From Planctomycetota bacterium (GTDB lineage: Bacteria; Planctomycetota; MHYJ01; WSZJ01): 64,000 nt of DNA. A program made the position numbers and the translations under genes. Position 1 is the stretch's first letter. Each line of letters begins with the position of its first letter. Positions 30,018 through 38,550 of the stretch are shown here, in pieces. Location: assembly GCA_009773755.1 (NCBI GenBank), contig WSZJ01000030.1, forward strand, positions 7,955 through 71,954, written 5' to 3'. The notes under the pieces were generated by a model. That model saw only the letters and a list, made by a program, of their open reading frames with translations, ran no database searches and was not told the DNA's origin.

Positions 30018-30518
30018 ATGCGCCATACCTTCACCACCCCCTGGGGCCGCTTCGCCATCCAGTGGTCCGATCTTGGCATCACGCGCGTCGAGTTGCCTCC
30101 GGCTCAAGCCGGCGAAATCGGCACGCCGCCGCCGGAAATCCGCAAGGCCGCGCAGGCGATCCAGGAGCATCTCGCCGGCCGCACGGTCCGCCTCGACCTG
30201 CGCGTGGACCTCGGCGGCGTCTCGAACTTCGAGCGACGCATCTTCGAGGTCCTCCGCGAGACCTGTCCCGGCGAAACGCTCTCCTACGCAGACCTGGCTT
30301 CGCGCGCAGGCCGCCCCGGTGCCGCGCGCGCCGTCGGAAACGCGCTTCGCAAGAATCCTGTTCCCGTCCTGGTCCCCTGCCACCGCGTTCTCGCAGCGGG
30401 CGGCAAGATCGGCGGCTTCAGCGCGCCGGGCGGGACCGACACCAAGCGCCGGCTGCTGTCGCTTGAAGGATGGAAAGGGGAGGAGCGTGGGGTGAGGCGG
30501 GGAAGGGGCGTCGAATGA
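30018..30518 (+). CDS. ogt: methylated-DNA--protein-cysteine methyltransferase
   Basis: Active-site motif VPCHRVLAAGGKIGGF, with the upstream ETLSYADLASRAGRPGAARAVGNA helix-turn-helix. Confidence 0.85.
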   Translation: MRHTFTTPWGRFAIQWSDLGITRVELPPAQAGEIGTPPPEIRKAAQAIQEHLAGRTVRLDLRVDLGGVSNFERRIFEVLRETCPGETLSYADLASRAGRPGAARAVGNALRKNPVPVLVPCHRVLAAGGKIGGFSAPGGTDTKRRLLSLEGWKGEERGVRRGRGVE

Positions 30519-30733
30519 TCGCGCGAGGGATGCCTATGTTTGCGGTCGTGCGGGACGACACGCTGACGGGGGGAGTCGAGGTGCTCTCCTGCGGCGTGAG
30601 CCAGGCGTTTGCCGAGGGGAAGATGGACGACTACAGGGCTACGTCTTCGGGGAAGCGCCGGAAGGTGGCCTTGGTGAAGTTGGCGGTTGAGGCGGTGGTT
30701 GAGGAATACGAGGAGGTGTCGGTCAGCGGCTAG
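30515..30733 (+). CDS. small hypothetical protein
   Basis: ATGA overlap with the ogt stop. 72 aa (MIARGMPMFAVVRDD...). No family. Confidence 0.35.
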   Translation: MIARGMPMFAVVRDDTLTGGVEVLSCGVSQAFAEGKMDDYRATSSGKRRKVALVKLAVEAVVEEYEEVSVSG

Positions 30734-30747
30734 GGGCTGCAAAAAGG

Positions 30748-30862
30748 GCAACAACGAAAGAAAAAACGAAAAACGAAAAACAAAAAACGAAAAATCCGGC
30801 CGAATTCAGGCCGTCGTTTTCGTTTTTTCTTTTTCGTTTTTCGCTTTTCGTTTCGTTGTCGC
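30748..30862. repeat. 115-bp imperfect palindrome of (ACGAAAA)n-like repeats
   Basis: GCAACAACGAAAGAAAAAACGAAAAACGAAAAACAAAAAACGAAAAATCCGGCC - GAATTCA - GGCCGTCGTTTTCGTTTTTTCTTTTTCGTTTTTCGCTTTTCGTTTCGTTGTCGC. The arms are near-complementary. It fills the gap between convergent genes. Confidence 0.8.
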
Positions 30863-30875
30863 ACTTTTTACTCCG

Positions 30876-31808
30876 CTATTTCCCCTCCTTGTCCATCGAC
30901 TCCGCAGGGATCTCATTCCCCCGCATCCACCCATGCACTCCATCCCTCACAACCTGAGGCAGCGAGTGTCCCCCGGCGAACGGGAAGAAGTCGTGCTTCA
31001 CCCCGTGCTTCTCCAGCGCCTCGACAAATTTCTTCCCCGTCACGTACGGCACAACCGAATCGCTCGTCCCGTGCGCGATCAGGATCCGGATCCCCTTCGC
31101 CTTCTCGAAATCCGCTTCCGCCACCAGCGAGGGGTCGTGTCCGCCGCTGATCACGATCGTCCCGGAGATCTGGTCCGCGTACTGAAGTCCGCAGTGCGCC
31201 GCCATGAACGCGCCCTCGCTGAAGCCGAGCAGGTACACCTTCTTCGGGTTCACCGGGTACTTTTCCTTGAGCGACTTGAGCGCGCGCTCGACCGTTGCTG
31301 CCGACAGCTTGTACGCCTCCTTCGTGTTCTCCTTCCCCGACTCCCACGGCGCCCAGCAGCGCCCGTTGCGTCCGCCGGGAAGGGCGAGCACGTACGGCGT
31401 TTCGAGCGAAGCCACCAGAAAATCTTCGCCGCGCCAGTCCTCGACGCCTTCGAGAAAATGTTCCGCCGTGTCGCCGCGGCCGTGGAGGAGGATCAGCAGC
31501 CCGTAGGTCTTCGTCGAGTCGTAGCCCTTCGGTTTGCGCACGTAGCAAGGCAGCAGCGCGTCGCCTGCGATCCATTCCGTCTTCGGCTTCGTCCCCGAAG
31601 CCGTGTCGATCTCCTTCACGATCGCCTTGTACGCCTTCTTCTTCCGGATCGACTTCAGGTCCGGATCCGACTTCATGTGGTTCGCGTCCTTGAACCCGCC
31701 TTTCACGGCCTGCTCCAGCGCCGAGATCGCGTCGTTCTTGCGCTCCAGCAGCGCGAGGCAGCACGCGAGGTTGTACCAGGCGCTCCCGTCGTCCGGCCGC
31801 TTCGTCAC
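30876..31808 (-). CDS. TPR + alpha/beta-hydrolase (carboxylesterase/phospholipase-type); N-terminus apparently frameshifted
   Basis: The ORF track start 31808 is GTG. LLILLHGRGDTAEHF, YLLGFSEGAFMAA and IAHGTSDSVVP give the esterase triad context. The frame stays open upstream (ALPCLADGITDALLKAIEQ...) and matches the paralog. The only ATG with a signal peptide (31999) is in another frame. Confidence 0.7.
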   Translation of the reverse strand: MTKRPDDGSAWYNLACCLALLERKNDAISALEQAVKGGFKDANHMKSDPDLKSIRKKKAYKAIVKEIDTASGTKPKTEWIAGDALLPCYVRKPKGYDSTKTYGLLILLHGRGDTAEHFLEGVEDWRGEDFLVASLETPYVLALPGGRNGRCWAPWESGKENTKEAYKLSAATVERALKSLKEKYPVNPKKVYLLGFSEGAFMAAHCGLQYADQISGTIVISGGHDPSLVAEADFEKAKGIRILIAHGTSDSVVPYVTGKKFVEALEKHGVKHDFFPFAGGHSLPQVVRDGVHGWMRGNEIPAESMDKEGK

Positions 31809-32102
31809 GTGCTCGAGATACGCCGCCGCCGCTTCCTCGTAGTTCTTCTCGTTGTAGAGCGCATCCCCGCGCGCCGATTCCGGCGGCTTTTTCGTCTGCT
31901 CGATCGCCTTGAGAAGCGCGTCGGTGATGCCGTCGGCGAGGCAGGGGAGGGCGAGGGCGAAAACGACAAAACGACGGCGAGCGTGCGAAGGCGAAGCATG
32001 GGAATCTCCCGAAGAAGAAAGTTGAGCCGGCGAATGGCCGCCGGCGCGTTAGACAACTGGTACGGAAGCGAAACTGGATCTGATAGGACCGAGAACGCGA
32101 TT

Positions 32103-32369
32103 CTAATCGCCGGCGGAGTCTCCGGTTGGCGCCGTAGAGCTGGGAGACCCGGAGTCATCGAGATCCGTGATCCAGTTCCCGTACTTGGTGCTGCAGGCGC
32201 GACTTGTTAGCAGCCGGCAAGGAATTCCGTCGATGTAGTCGAAGGAACGAACAGCCTCCTTCGGAGGCGTGGGAATCGACTGAAGCCTTCGAGGCTCCGG
32301 CCATCCTGCCGCCCACCCGAGCGCGAAAACCGCGATTGCCGCATACGCGAATCTGAAGGAGGCCCGCAT
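32103..32369 (-). CDS. small secreted hypothetical protein
   Basis: Signal-like MRASFRFAYAAIAVFALGWAAG. Only 26 nt from the divergent MFS start, which lowers confidence. Confidence 0.35.
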   Translation of the reverse strand: MRASFRFAYAAIAVFALGWAAGWPEPRRLQSIPTPPKEAVRSFDYIDGIPCRLLTSRACSTKYGNWITDLDDSGSPSSTAPTGDSAGD

Positions 32370-32395
32370 CGCCGGAGTGTACTCTCTGCGGCCCG

Positions 32396-33700
32396 ATGTC
32401 TATTCACCGCGACTACGTCACGCACCTGCGCGCCTTTTCGCCGAACGCCCGTCGTTTCCTGCTGGCGAATGCCTTCTTCGCGCTCGGTGGGGCGCTGCTC
32501 GGCGTGACGCGAAACCTGTATCTGAAAGGGGCTGGGTACAACGAAGCGGACATTGGTTTCTTCCTGACGGCAGCGCAACTCGGCACCGTCTTCTGCGTCG
32601 TCCCAGCGGCGCTGCTGCTCGATCGCTGGAAGATGAAGCCGCTGCTGGTGCTTTCCGTGCTCATTTCGATGGCCGGAAGCGCCGGGACGGCGCTGTTGAC
32701 GGGGAAAGTGCTGATCGCGGCCGCGTCGTTCGTGGCGGGAGCGGGAGGCGCGGCGTTCGGCGTCGCGGCGAGCCCGTTTTACGCGCGCAACTCGACGCCG
32801 GCGGAGCGAGGGCATTTGTTCGGCGTCTCGATCGGCCTTTCGGCGTTGGCGGGGACGCTCGGGACGCTCGCGGTCGCGCCGCTGGAACGCTGGCTCGGCT
32901 CCGGATCCGACGCGCTGCGCACGATGATGCTCTGCGGGGCGGGCGGCGCGATCCTCGCCGTCCTGCCGATCGCGATATTGACAGACACTCCAGGCGCCGC
33001 CGCCGCGCGCCGCACGCTCCGCGATTTCCTCTTCGCCCGCGACTGGAAGACTCTCTTCAAACTCTGCGCTCCCGACGCCCTCATCGGCGCCGGCGCCGGC
33101 CTCACCATTCCCTTCATCAATCTCTACTTCCAGGGGCGTTTCGGAAAATCCCCCGCGCAGATTTCCTACTACTTCGCGGCCTCGAACGCCATGAACATGA
33201 TCGGCTTCTTCGCCGCGCCCGCCATCGCCCAGCGCTTCGGCCGCGTCGCGACGATCGCGGGCTCGCAGCTCCTCTCGATCCCGTTTTTCGCCGCGCTCGC
33301 CCTCACGACCTCTCTCCCCGTCGCCGTCGTCGCCTTTCTCCTTCGCTCCGTCCTCATGAACCTCTCCCACCCCGTCAACTCCGCCTTCGTCATGGACATG
33401 GCCGCCGCCGACCAGCAGGCCGTCACGAACTCGCTCAAGCAGGTCTCGTGGAACGTCTGCTGGGCGATCTCCGCGTCCGCGGGCGGCTGGATGATCCACC
33501 ATGTTCAGGTCGGCCGCGACGGCTACACGCTTCCCATGTTCTGCACGATCGGGACTTATGTCGTGGGAAGCGGCTTGTTCATCGCGTTCTGGGGAGGCAA
33601 AGGCAGCCGTTCGCACGGCCAGGCCCAGCCGAGTTTGCCGGCAGAACCGGTCGCGAATGGCGACCAGCCGCGCCGAGCAAATCAAATTAATAATTTATAA
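32396..33700 (+). CDS. MFS transporter
   Basis: About 12 hydrophobic segments and an MFS-like loop (LLDRWKMKP). 434 aa. Confidence 0.75.
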   Translation: MSIHRDYVTHLRAFSPNARRFLLANAFFALGGALLGVTRNLYLKGAGYNEADIGFFLTAAQLGTVFCVVPAALLLDRWKMKPLLVLSVLISMAGSAGTALLTGKVLIAAASFVAGAGGAAFGVAASPFYARNSTPAERGHLFGVSIGLSALAGTLGTLAVAPLERWLGSGSDALRTMMLCGAGGAILAVLPIAILTDTPGAAAARRTLRDFLFARDWKTLFKLCAPDALIGAGAGLTIPFINLYFQGRFGKSPAQISYYFAASNAMNMIGFFAAPAIAQRFGRVATIAGSQLLSIPFFAALALTTSLPVAVVAFLLRSVLMNLSHPVNSAFVMDMAAADQQAVTNSLKQVSWNVCWAISASAGGWMIHHVQVGRDGYTLPMFCTIGTYVVGSGLFIAFWGGKGSRSHGQAQPSLPAEPVANGDQPRRANQINNL

Positions 33701-33735
33701 TTATAAATTAGAAATTATAAATTGTCGTTGGTCCC

Positions 33736-34839
33736 TTACTTCGGCGCCGGAGCCTTCAATTCCTCCGGAATCGCCTCACCCCTCAACCACTTTCCAATCC
33801 CCTCGATCATCTTCTGCGTCAGCGCATGTTCTCCGTCGTACCAGTAGCTCTCCGCCTGCACGCCCGCGGCCTCGAGCGACTTCGCGAACTCGGCCTGCAT
33901 CTTCCACGTGATGACAGAGTCCTTCACGCCGTGCGAAATCAGCAGCCTTTTCCCCTTCCATTTCTCCAGGGACCCTCCCGGATTTCCGCCCCCGCTGTTG
34001 AACACCGCGCCGGCCAGCTTTTCGCCGAACGCGCTCACGCACCGCGCCGTCAGGTACGCGCCTTCCGACGACCCGACGAGGTAGATCTTTTTCGCGTCAA
34101 TCGAGAGCTTCGCCTGCACCTTCGCGATCGCCTTCTCGACCTGCTTCACCACCAGTTCCGACCCTCTCGCCGCGTCCTCGCCGCCCGCCTGCGGCGACCA
34201 CCCGTACCCCTGCGTCCCGTCCGCCGCCCCCGCCGGATACGGCGACTCCAGCGCCGCCACCACGAACTCGTCCCCCGGCCAGTCCGGCACCGACCGGATG
34301 AAATCGTCCGCGTTCGCCCCGTGACCGTGCAGCAGCAGCACCAGCCCGTACGTCTTTGCCGCGTCGTATTTCTTCGGCCGCGTCATTTCGCAGCGAAAAA
34401 GCGCTTCCGCCTCGACCCACAGCATCTCGACGTTGATCGGCTTGTTCGCGCGGTACGCCTTGAGCGCCATCTCGTACCCCTTCGTGGCCCGCAATGCCGC
34501 GAGATCTGCATCCGCTTTCACGTGCTCGAGGTCGGAATATCCCGCGAGGAATGCCCCCTGAAGCGCGTTCGCCGCCGCCGCCGTGCGCCCGGCCTTCGAC
34601 AGCGCGCACGCGAGGTTGTACCAGGCGTTCCAGTCGTCCGGCCGCCGGGTCACGTAGTCCGTGTACGCCTTCGCCGCTTCAACGAATTTCTTTTCCTTGA
34701 AGAGCCCGTCCGCGCGCGCGGTGCTCGCCGGCCGCGTCGAGTCCTTGAGCGCCTGGATGACGCGGTCGTCGAGGTCGTCGGCGGGGCAGGCGGGCGGGCG
34801 GGCGAGCAGGCAGGCAAGCAGGAGTGCGGTGGTGCGCAT
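33736..34839 (-). CDS. TPR + alpha/beta-hydrolase, paralog of 30876..31808
   Basis: ATG 34839 with a GGAG SD (34872 is GTG). Signal peptide MRTTALLLACLLARPPACPA. RRPDDWNAWYNLACAL TPR; LVLLLHGHGANADDF, YLVGSSEGAYLTA and ISHGVKDSVI are collinear with the paralog. Confidence 0.8.
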   Translation of the reverse strand: MRTTALLLACLLARPPACPADDLDDRVIQALKDSTRPASTARADGLFKEKKFVEAAKAYTDYVTRRPDDWNAWYNLACALSKAGRTAAAANALQGAFLAGYSDLEHVKADADLAALRATKGYEMALKAYRANKPINVEMLWVEAEALFRCEMTRPKKYDAAKTYGLVLLLHGHGANADDFIRSVPDWPGDEFVVAALESPYPAGAADGTQGYGWSPQAGGEDAARGSELVVKQVEKAIAKVQAKLSIDAKKIYLVGSSEGAYLTARCVSAFGEKLAGAVFNSGGGNPGGSLEKWKGKRLLISHGVKDSVITWKMQAEFAKSLEAAGVQAESYWYDGEHALTQKMIEGIGKWLRGEAIPEELKAPAPK

Positions 34840-34979
34840 GGGGGCTCCGAGAAGTGTGTTGCTCGAAGTCACTACGAAATCAAGGGAGACGTTCTTCCAG
34901 TCAGTGTAACTGCGCAGTCAGGGAGAGGGTCGTCTTCTCTTGCATACAAGTTACGATATTCGTAATCTATCAACAAATC

Positions 34980-35633
34980 ATGCAAACTCTGACAGAGAAG
35001 GTGATGAGGCTGGACCCGCCGGGGTCGCTCTTCGATGAGGCGGTCCTTCACAACCTGTTCCCCGAATCGACGTCGGGCGCGAAAAAGCTTCTCGTACATC
35101 GAAGCGTCCAGCACGGAGAAGTCGTCCGCCTGAAACCCGGGATCTACTGCCTCGCACCCGAGTATCGGAAAACCCATGCCCATCCGTTTGCCGTCGCCGC
35201 CACCCTCCATTCGCCGTCGCACATCAGCCTCGAAAGCGCGCTGGCCTGGCACGGCCTGATCCCGGAGGCCGTGGCGCAGGTCTCCAGCGTGACCGTCAGC
35301 CGCAGCCGCATCTTCGACACGCCTCTCGGGACCTTCTCCTTCCAGCGCGTCCCCTGCACTGCGCCGCGGGCCGGCGTGCGGGCGGTGAAGCTGGACGCCA
35401 GCAGCTGGGCTTTCGTCGCCATGCCGCTTCGCGCGATCGCCGACCTTGTCTATCTGCGAAAGGAAATTTCCTGGGATCGCGACGGCCTTGGATTTCTCAC
35501 GGTTTCCATGCGAATGGAAGCGGATGAACTCCGCGAACTACCCACGGAAGATTACACGCCGGTCCACAATGCCATGCGGAATCTGAGAACGAAACGCTAT
35601 CTGGAAGGACTGAAGAAGGAGATGAGCCCATGA
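34980..35633 (+). CDS. abiEi: AbiEi-family antitoxin/transcriptional regulator
   Basis: Internal ATG 34980. VRLKPGIYCLAPEY...FAVAATLHSPSHISLESALAWHGLIPEAV is the AbiEi_4 pattern. Confidence 0.75.
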   Translation: MQTLTEKVMRLDPPGSLFDEAVLHNLFPESTSGAKKLLVHRSVQHGEVVRLKPGIYCLAPEYRKTHAHPFAVAATLHSPSHISLESALAWHGLIPEAVAQVSSVTVSRSRIFDTPLGTFSFQRVPCTAPRAGVRAVKLDASSWAFVAMPLRAIADLVYLRKEISWDRDGLGFLTVSMRMEADELRELPTEDYTPVHNAMRNLRTKRYLEGLKKEMSP

Positions 35634-36502
35634 TGAAGGACATTCTCTCGGACAGACTGAAGGAGTACGCGCCGGCAAACGCCATCGAACAGGAAAACGC
35701 GCTCGCGGAAATCATGCAGCATTACGTGCTCGCGAGCCTCGCCCGCGCACGCTTCTTTGGCCGGGCGATCTTTCACGAGGGCACATGCCTGCGCATCCTG
35801 TATGGATTGCATCGCTTTTCCGAGGATCTGGATTTCGTCCTGAAGGATGCAGACCCTGCGTTTGACTGGAAATCCTGCGTGGACCGCATTCGTCATGATT
35901 GCGCGGCGGAAGGGATCCAACTGGACGTGCAGGGGCGCGCCGGGAAAGAGACCGCCGTTCGAAAGGTTTTCCTCAAAACGGATTCGATCGGGCAGATCCT
36001 CAACCTGGAGTTGCCCTACGCGAGGCATGCCACCCGGAAAATCCGCATCAAGCTGGAAATTGATACCAATCCTCCGGGAGGCGCGACCTTTGAAACGCGG
36101 TTCATCACCTTCCCGATGGCCACCGCCATCACCTGCATGGACCTGCCCTCCGGCTTCGGATCCAAATGTCATGCCCTGCTCTGCAGCGAATACGTCAAGG
36201 GCCGCGACTGGTACGACTTCCTCTGGTACGCGTCCCGGAAAGTGACGCCGAATCTCGACCTGCTGTCGCATGCCCTCGCCCAGCAGGGCCCGTGGGCCGG
36301 GCAACAGATCGCTGTCACGACAGCCTGGTTTCTCAAAACGCTGCGATCCCGAATCATGGAAATCGACTGGCGGGTCGCCGCGCAGGACGTCGCACGCTTT
36401 ATCATGACGCGCGAACAGGAGGGGCTGCGTGTGTGGTCCGCCCCGCTGTTTCTCCAGCATCTGGAAGACCTGGCCGGGAAGATGGCGGAAGCCGGGCGAT
36501 GA
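35630..36502 (+). CDS. abiEii: AbiEii/AbiGii nucleotidyltransferase toxin
   Basis: ATGA overlap with abiEi. EQENALAEIMQHYVLASL...FHEGTCLRILYGLHRFSEDLDF is the DUF1814/AbiEii pattern. Confidence 0.8.
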   Translation: MMKDILSDRLKEYAPANAIEQENALAEIMQHYVLASLARARFFGRAIFHEGTCLRILYGLHRFSEDLDFVLKDADPAFDWKSCVDRIRHDCAAEGIQLDVQGRAGKETAVRKVFLKTDSIGQILNLELPYARHATRKIRIKLEIDTNPPGGATFETRFITFPMATAITCMDLPSGFGSKCHALLCSEYVKGRDWYDFLWYASRKVTPNLDLLSHALAQQGPWAGQQIAVTTAWFLKTLRSRIMEIDWRVAAQDVARFIMTREQEGLRVWSAPLFLQHLEDLAGKMAEAGR

Positions 36503-36931
36503 AGTCATGGGCGATGGTGAATGCGGATACGAACTACGGACAAACCTGCACGTACCGCCTCCAGACCTTCTTCCGCCGACCCGGTAGCCTCCAGAAATCC
36601 TCACTCCCGTGGAACCTCGAGGTCATCCGCCTGCGAGCCTCCTCGAGGCGCGACAACCCCCTCGAACGCCGACGTGATCGACGTCACCAACGCAGGCGAC
36701 TCCCCGGCACCAGGAGGTAGAACCGTCCCGAGAAGTTCGGGTTCCGTCACGGGCGGGTAGCATCGGCGCGACGTGCGCGAACCTGACGCGGCCGTGCGGG
36801 CCAACGAGCCATTCGCTCGACGCGGCGCAGCGGGGTCGGTAGCGTCGTCGGGATGAAGAGGGCGACAACAGAGCGAATTCCGCGCATCTGCCCCTTGAAC
36901 ACGGGCGGTGCCTAGTTTCGAGGTAGAACTC

Positions 36932-37909
36932 ATGACCAAAGCGAAGGGGCACGACCCCGCAGTGTTTCCACCACCGATGGACCTGCCGAAACTCAATTCC
37001 GTCGAAGAAGTCGTGAGTCTCCTGCGGAGGGGGAATCACCGCCTCTATGTGCGACCGGCAGGTGAGATCCCCCGTTCTCCTGATCGCTGGTACGTCGCCC
37101 GAAATCCGCTGCCCTCCAGCGCGGCTGACCCACTTGTCCGAATCCATCGAACCGAGTCGGCCGCGCCCGGCGCAGAGTATCTGGGTGCCTGCTTCGATGG
37201 CATCATCCAAGGTGACGCGATCGCGGAAGTGCCTGAAAGCGTTTGCACGCAGATCGAGTCGAAACTGGACTCGGACGAGCCGATTCGGTGGCTCTCGACT
37301 CGGCCGATCGTCCGCACGTTCCTGTACCTCGACATCTCGGACTTCTCGACCTACCCTCCGGGGCAGCAGGCACTGATCGTGGCCTGTTTGCCGAAGTTTG
37401 TTAGTGAAGCTCAAAAGGGCCGCCGCGCGGAACACACTGGAACACCGCAGCAGATGATCTGCACAGGCGACGGCTACATCTTTGTCTTTCTCGATCCAGT
37501 GGCGGCAACTTGGTTCGCGGCACAGCTCGCCACGGAGATCGACTACGCCGTCGCGAAGCCTATGGGTTCAGTGGAGATTCACTACCGCATGGGAATTCAC
37601 ATCGGCGAGGTTTTCCCTTTCGAGGAAGGCGCAGAGCGAAATCGCTGGAACTTCGCTGGCGACGGTATCAACGGAGGCCGGCGGGTGCTCGACGCGATCG
37701 GAAGGAATGCGGACGACTTGGTGTTTCTGTCCGGAGACGTCGTGAAGTCGATTCATGCAAAGGCTGAGTGCTCCACGGGTTTCGGCGAGATCATGCAGTA
37801 CTTGGTGAATCGGGGACGGAGAAAGGACAAGCATAAGAAGCCTTGGCGGGTATATGAGCTGAACCACAGGGATGCCGCCTCGAACTCAAGGCAGATCAAG
37901 CCATCATAA
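36932..37909 (+). CDS. class III nucleotidyl cyclase-domain protein with unknown ~125-aa N-terminal domain
   Basis: ATG 36932 (GAGG SD). RTFLYLDISDFS (metal Asp), ICTGDGYIFVF (second Asp), YRMGIHIGEV and NFAGDGINGGRRVLD (Asn/Arg) are collinear with adenylate/guanylate cyclase catalytic motifs. Confidence 0.65.
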   Translation: MTKAKGHDPAVFPPPMDLPKLNSVEEVVSLLRRGNHRLYVRPAGEIPRSPDRWYVARNPLPSSAADPLVRIHRTESAAPGAEYLGACFDGIIQGDAIAEVPESVCTQIESKLDSDEPIRWLSTRPIVRTFLYLDISDFSTYPPGQQALIVACLPKFVSEAQKGRRAEHTGTPQQMICTGDGYIFVFLDPVAATWFAAQLATEIDYAVAKPMGSVEIHYRMGIHIGEVFPFEEGAERNRWNFAGDGINGGRRVLDAIGRNADDLVFLSGDVVKSIHAKAECSTGFGEIMQYLVNRGRRKDKHKKPWRVYELNHRDAASNSRQIKPS

Positions 37910-38550
37910 GTTCGCGATCTGCGCGGGGCGCGAGATCCTCGATGACGGCATGGAGGTTGCCTTTGACGAGGCGACAGACAGGCAGTGGTTCGTGATCGAG
38001 GGCACTTAGCACGCTCAAGCGGGGATACCGTACTGCGCAGGGAGCGGCTTGGCCGAAGCGGCGTTCGCCTTCTTCGCCGTCCACGTCTCGTGCTCATCCC
38101 GTCCAGCCCAGCTTCGCCGCGATCGGCCGCAGGTGCCGCTCGGTGAACGGGACAGAGGGTACGCGGTCCCCTCTCGGAGTTCATCGTGCTAGGGGGTCGA
38201 GACGGTTCGGAAAAGAATCTCTTCTAGTGTCGAGGAGCTTCGATTCGACGACCCTGCGAACCCCTTCGCTTCTCAACAACCTGGCCGAGCGCCAAACAGC
38301 CCGGCGAAGGGATCGTCGGAACTGGAGACCCAGGGCGAAACCAGCCTGTGATTTGAATCCAAGGGATGGGCGCATCAGCCGAAAGAGTTCAAGGATATAA
38401 CCCCACGCCGACTGTTCCAAGACTGAGCCTTGAGCCTGAGACCCGCCTGCTGCCGCCCCGGAGTACCGGCGAGTAATTGCAACGCCTGCGATCGTCGCCA
38501 ATTTGGGGGCGCGCGCCCGCGTTGATCGGGCGTCCCCGCGAGATTCCACT

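Noticed and set aside
33668-33735. A nearly pure AT tract (ATTAATAATTTATAATTATAAATTAGAAATTATAAATT) at the convergent MFS/esterase junction.
   Set aside because: It is striking compositionally, but it partly encodes the MFS C-terminus and stop and has no stem-loop or repeat partner. It is most simply an AT-rich terminator or spacer, with too little evidence for more.
36601-36740. A minus-strand fragment, ...GTVLPPGAGESPALVTSITSAFEGVVAPRGGSQADDLEV..., vaguely like the SGDGDF...G.xV region of NYN/LabA proteins. It might be the other half of the fragment at 56289.
   Set aside because: The similarity is very weak, and the fragment is on the opposite strand from the 56.3-kb piece. This is not supportable without a search.
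36932-38550. Calling the cyclase gene a complete Pycsar system.
   Set aside because: No adjacent effector with a cyclic-nucleotide-binding, TIR or TM domain exists. The 640 bp downstream contain only short frame-broken pieces, e.g. minus-strand ...PFTERHLRPIAAKLGWTG*, ...KPLPAQYGIPA* and ...LDHEPLPVCRLVKGNLHAVIEDLAPRADRELMMA*. These look like a decayed gene I cannot identify.
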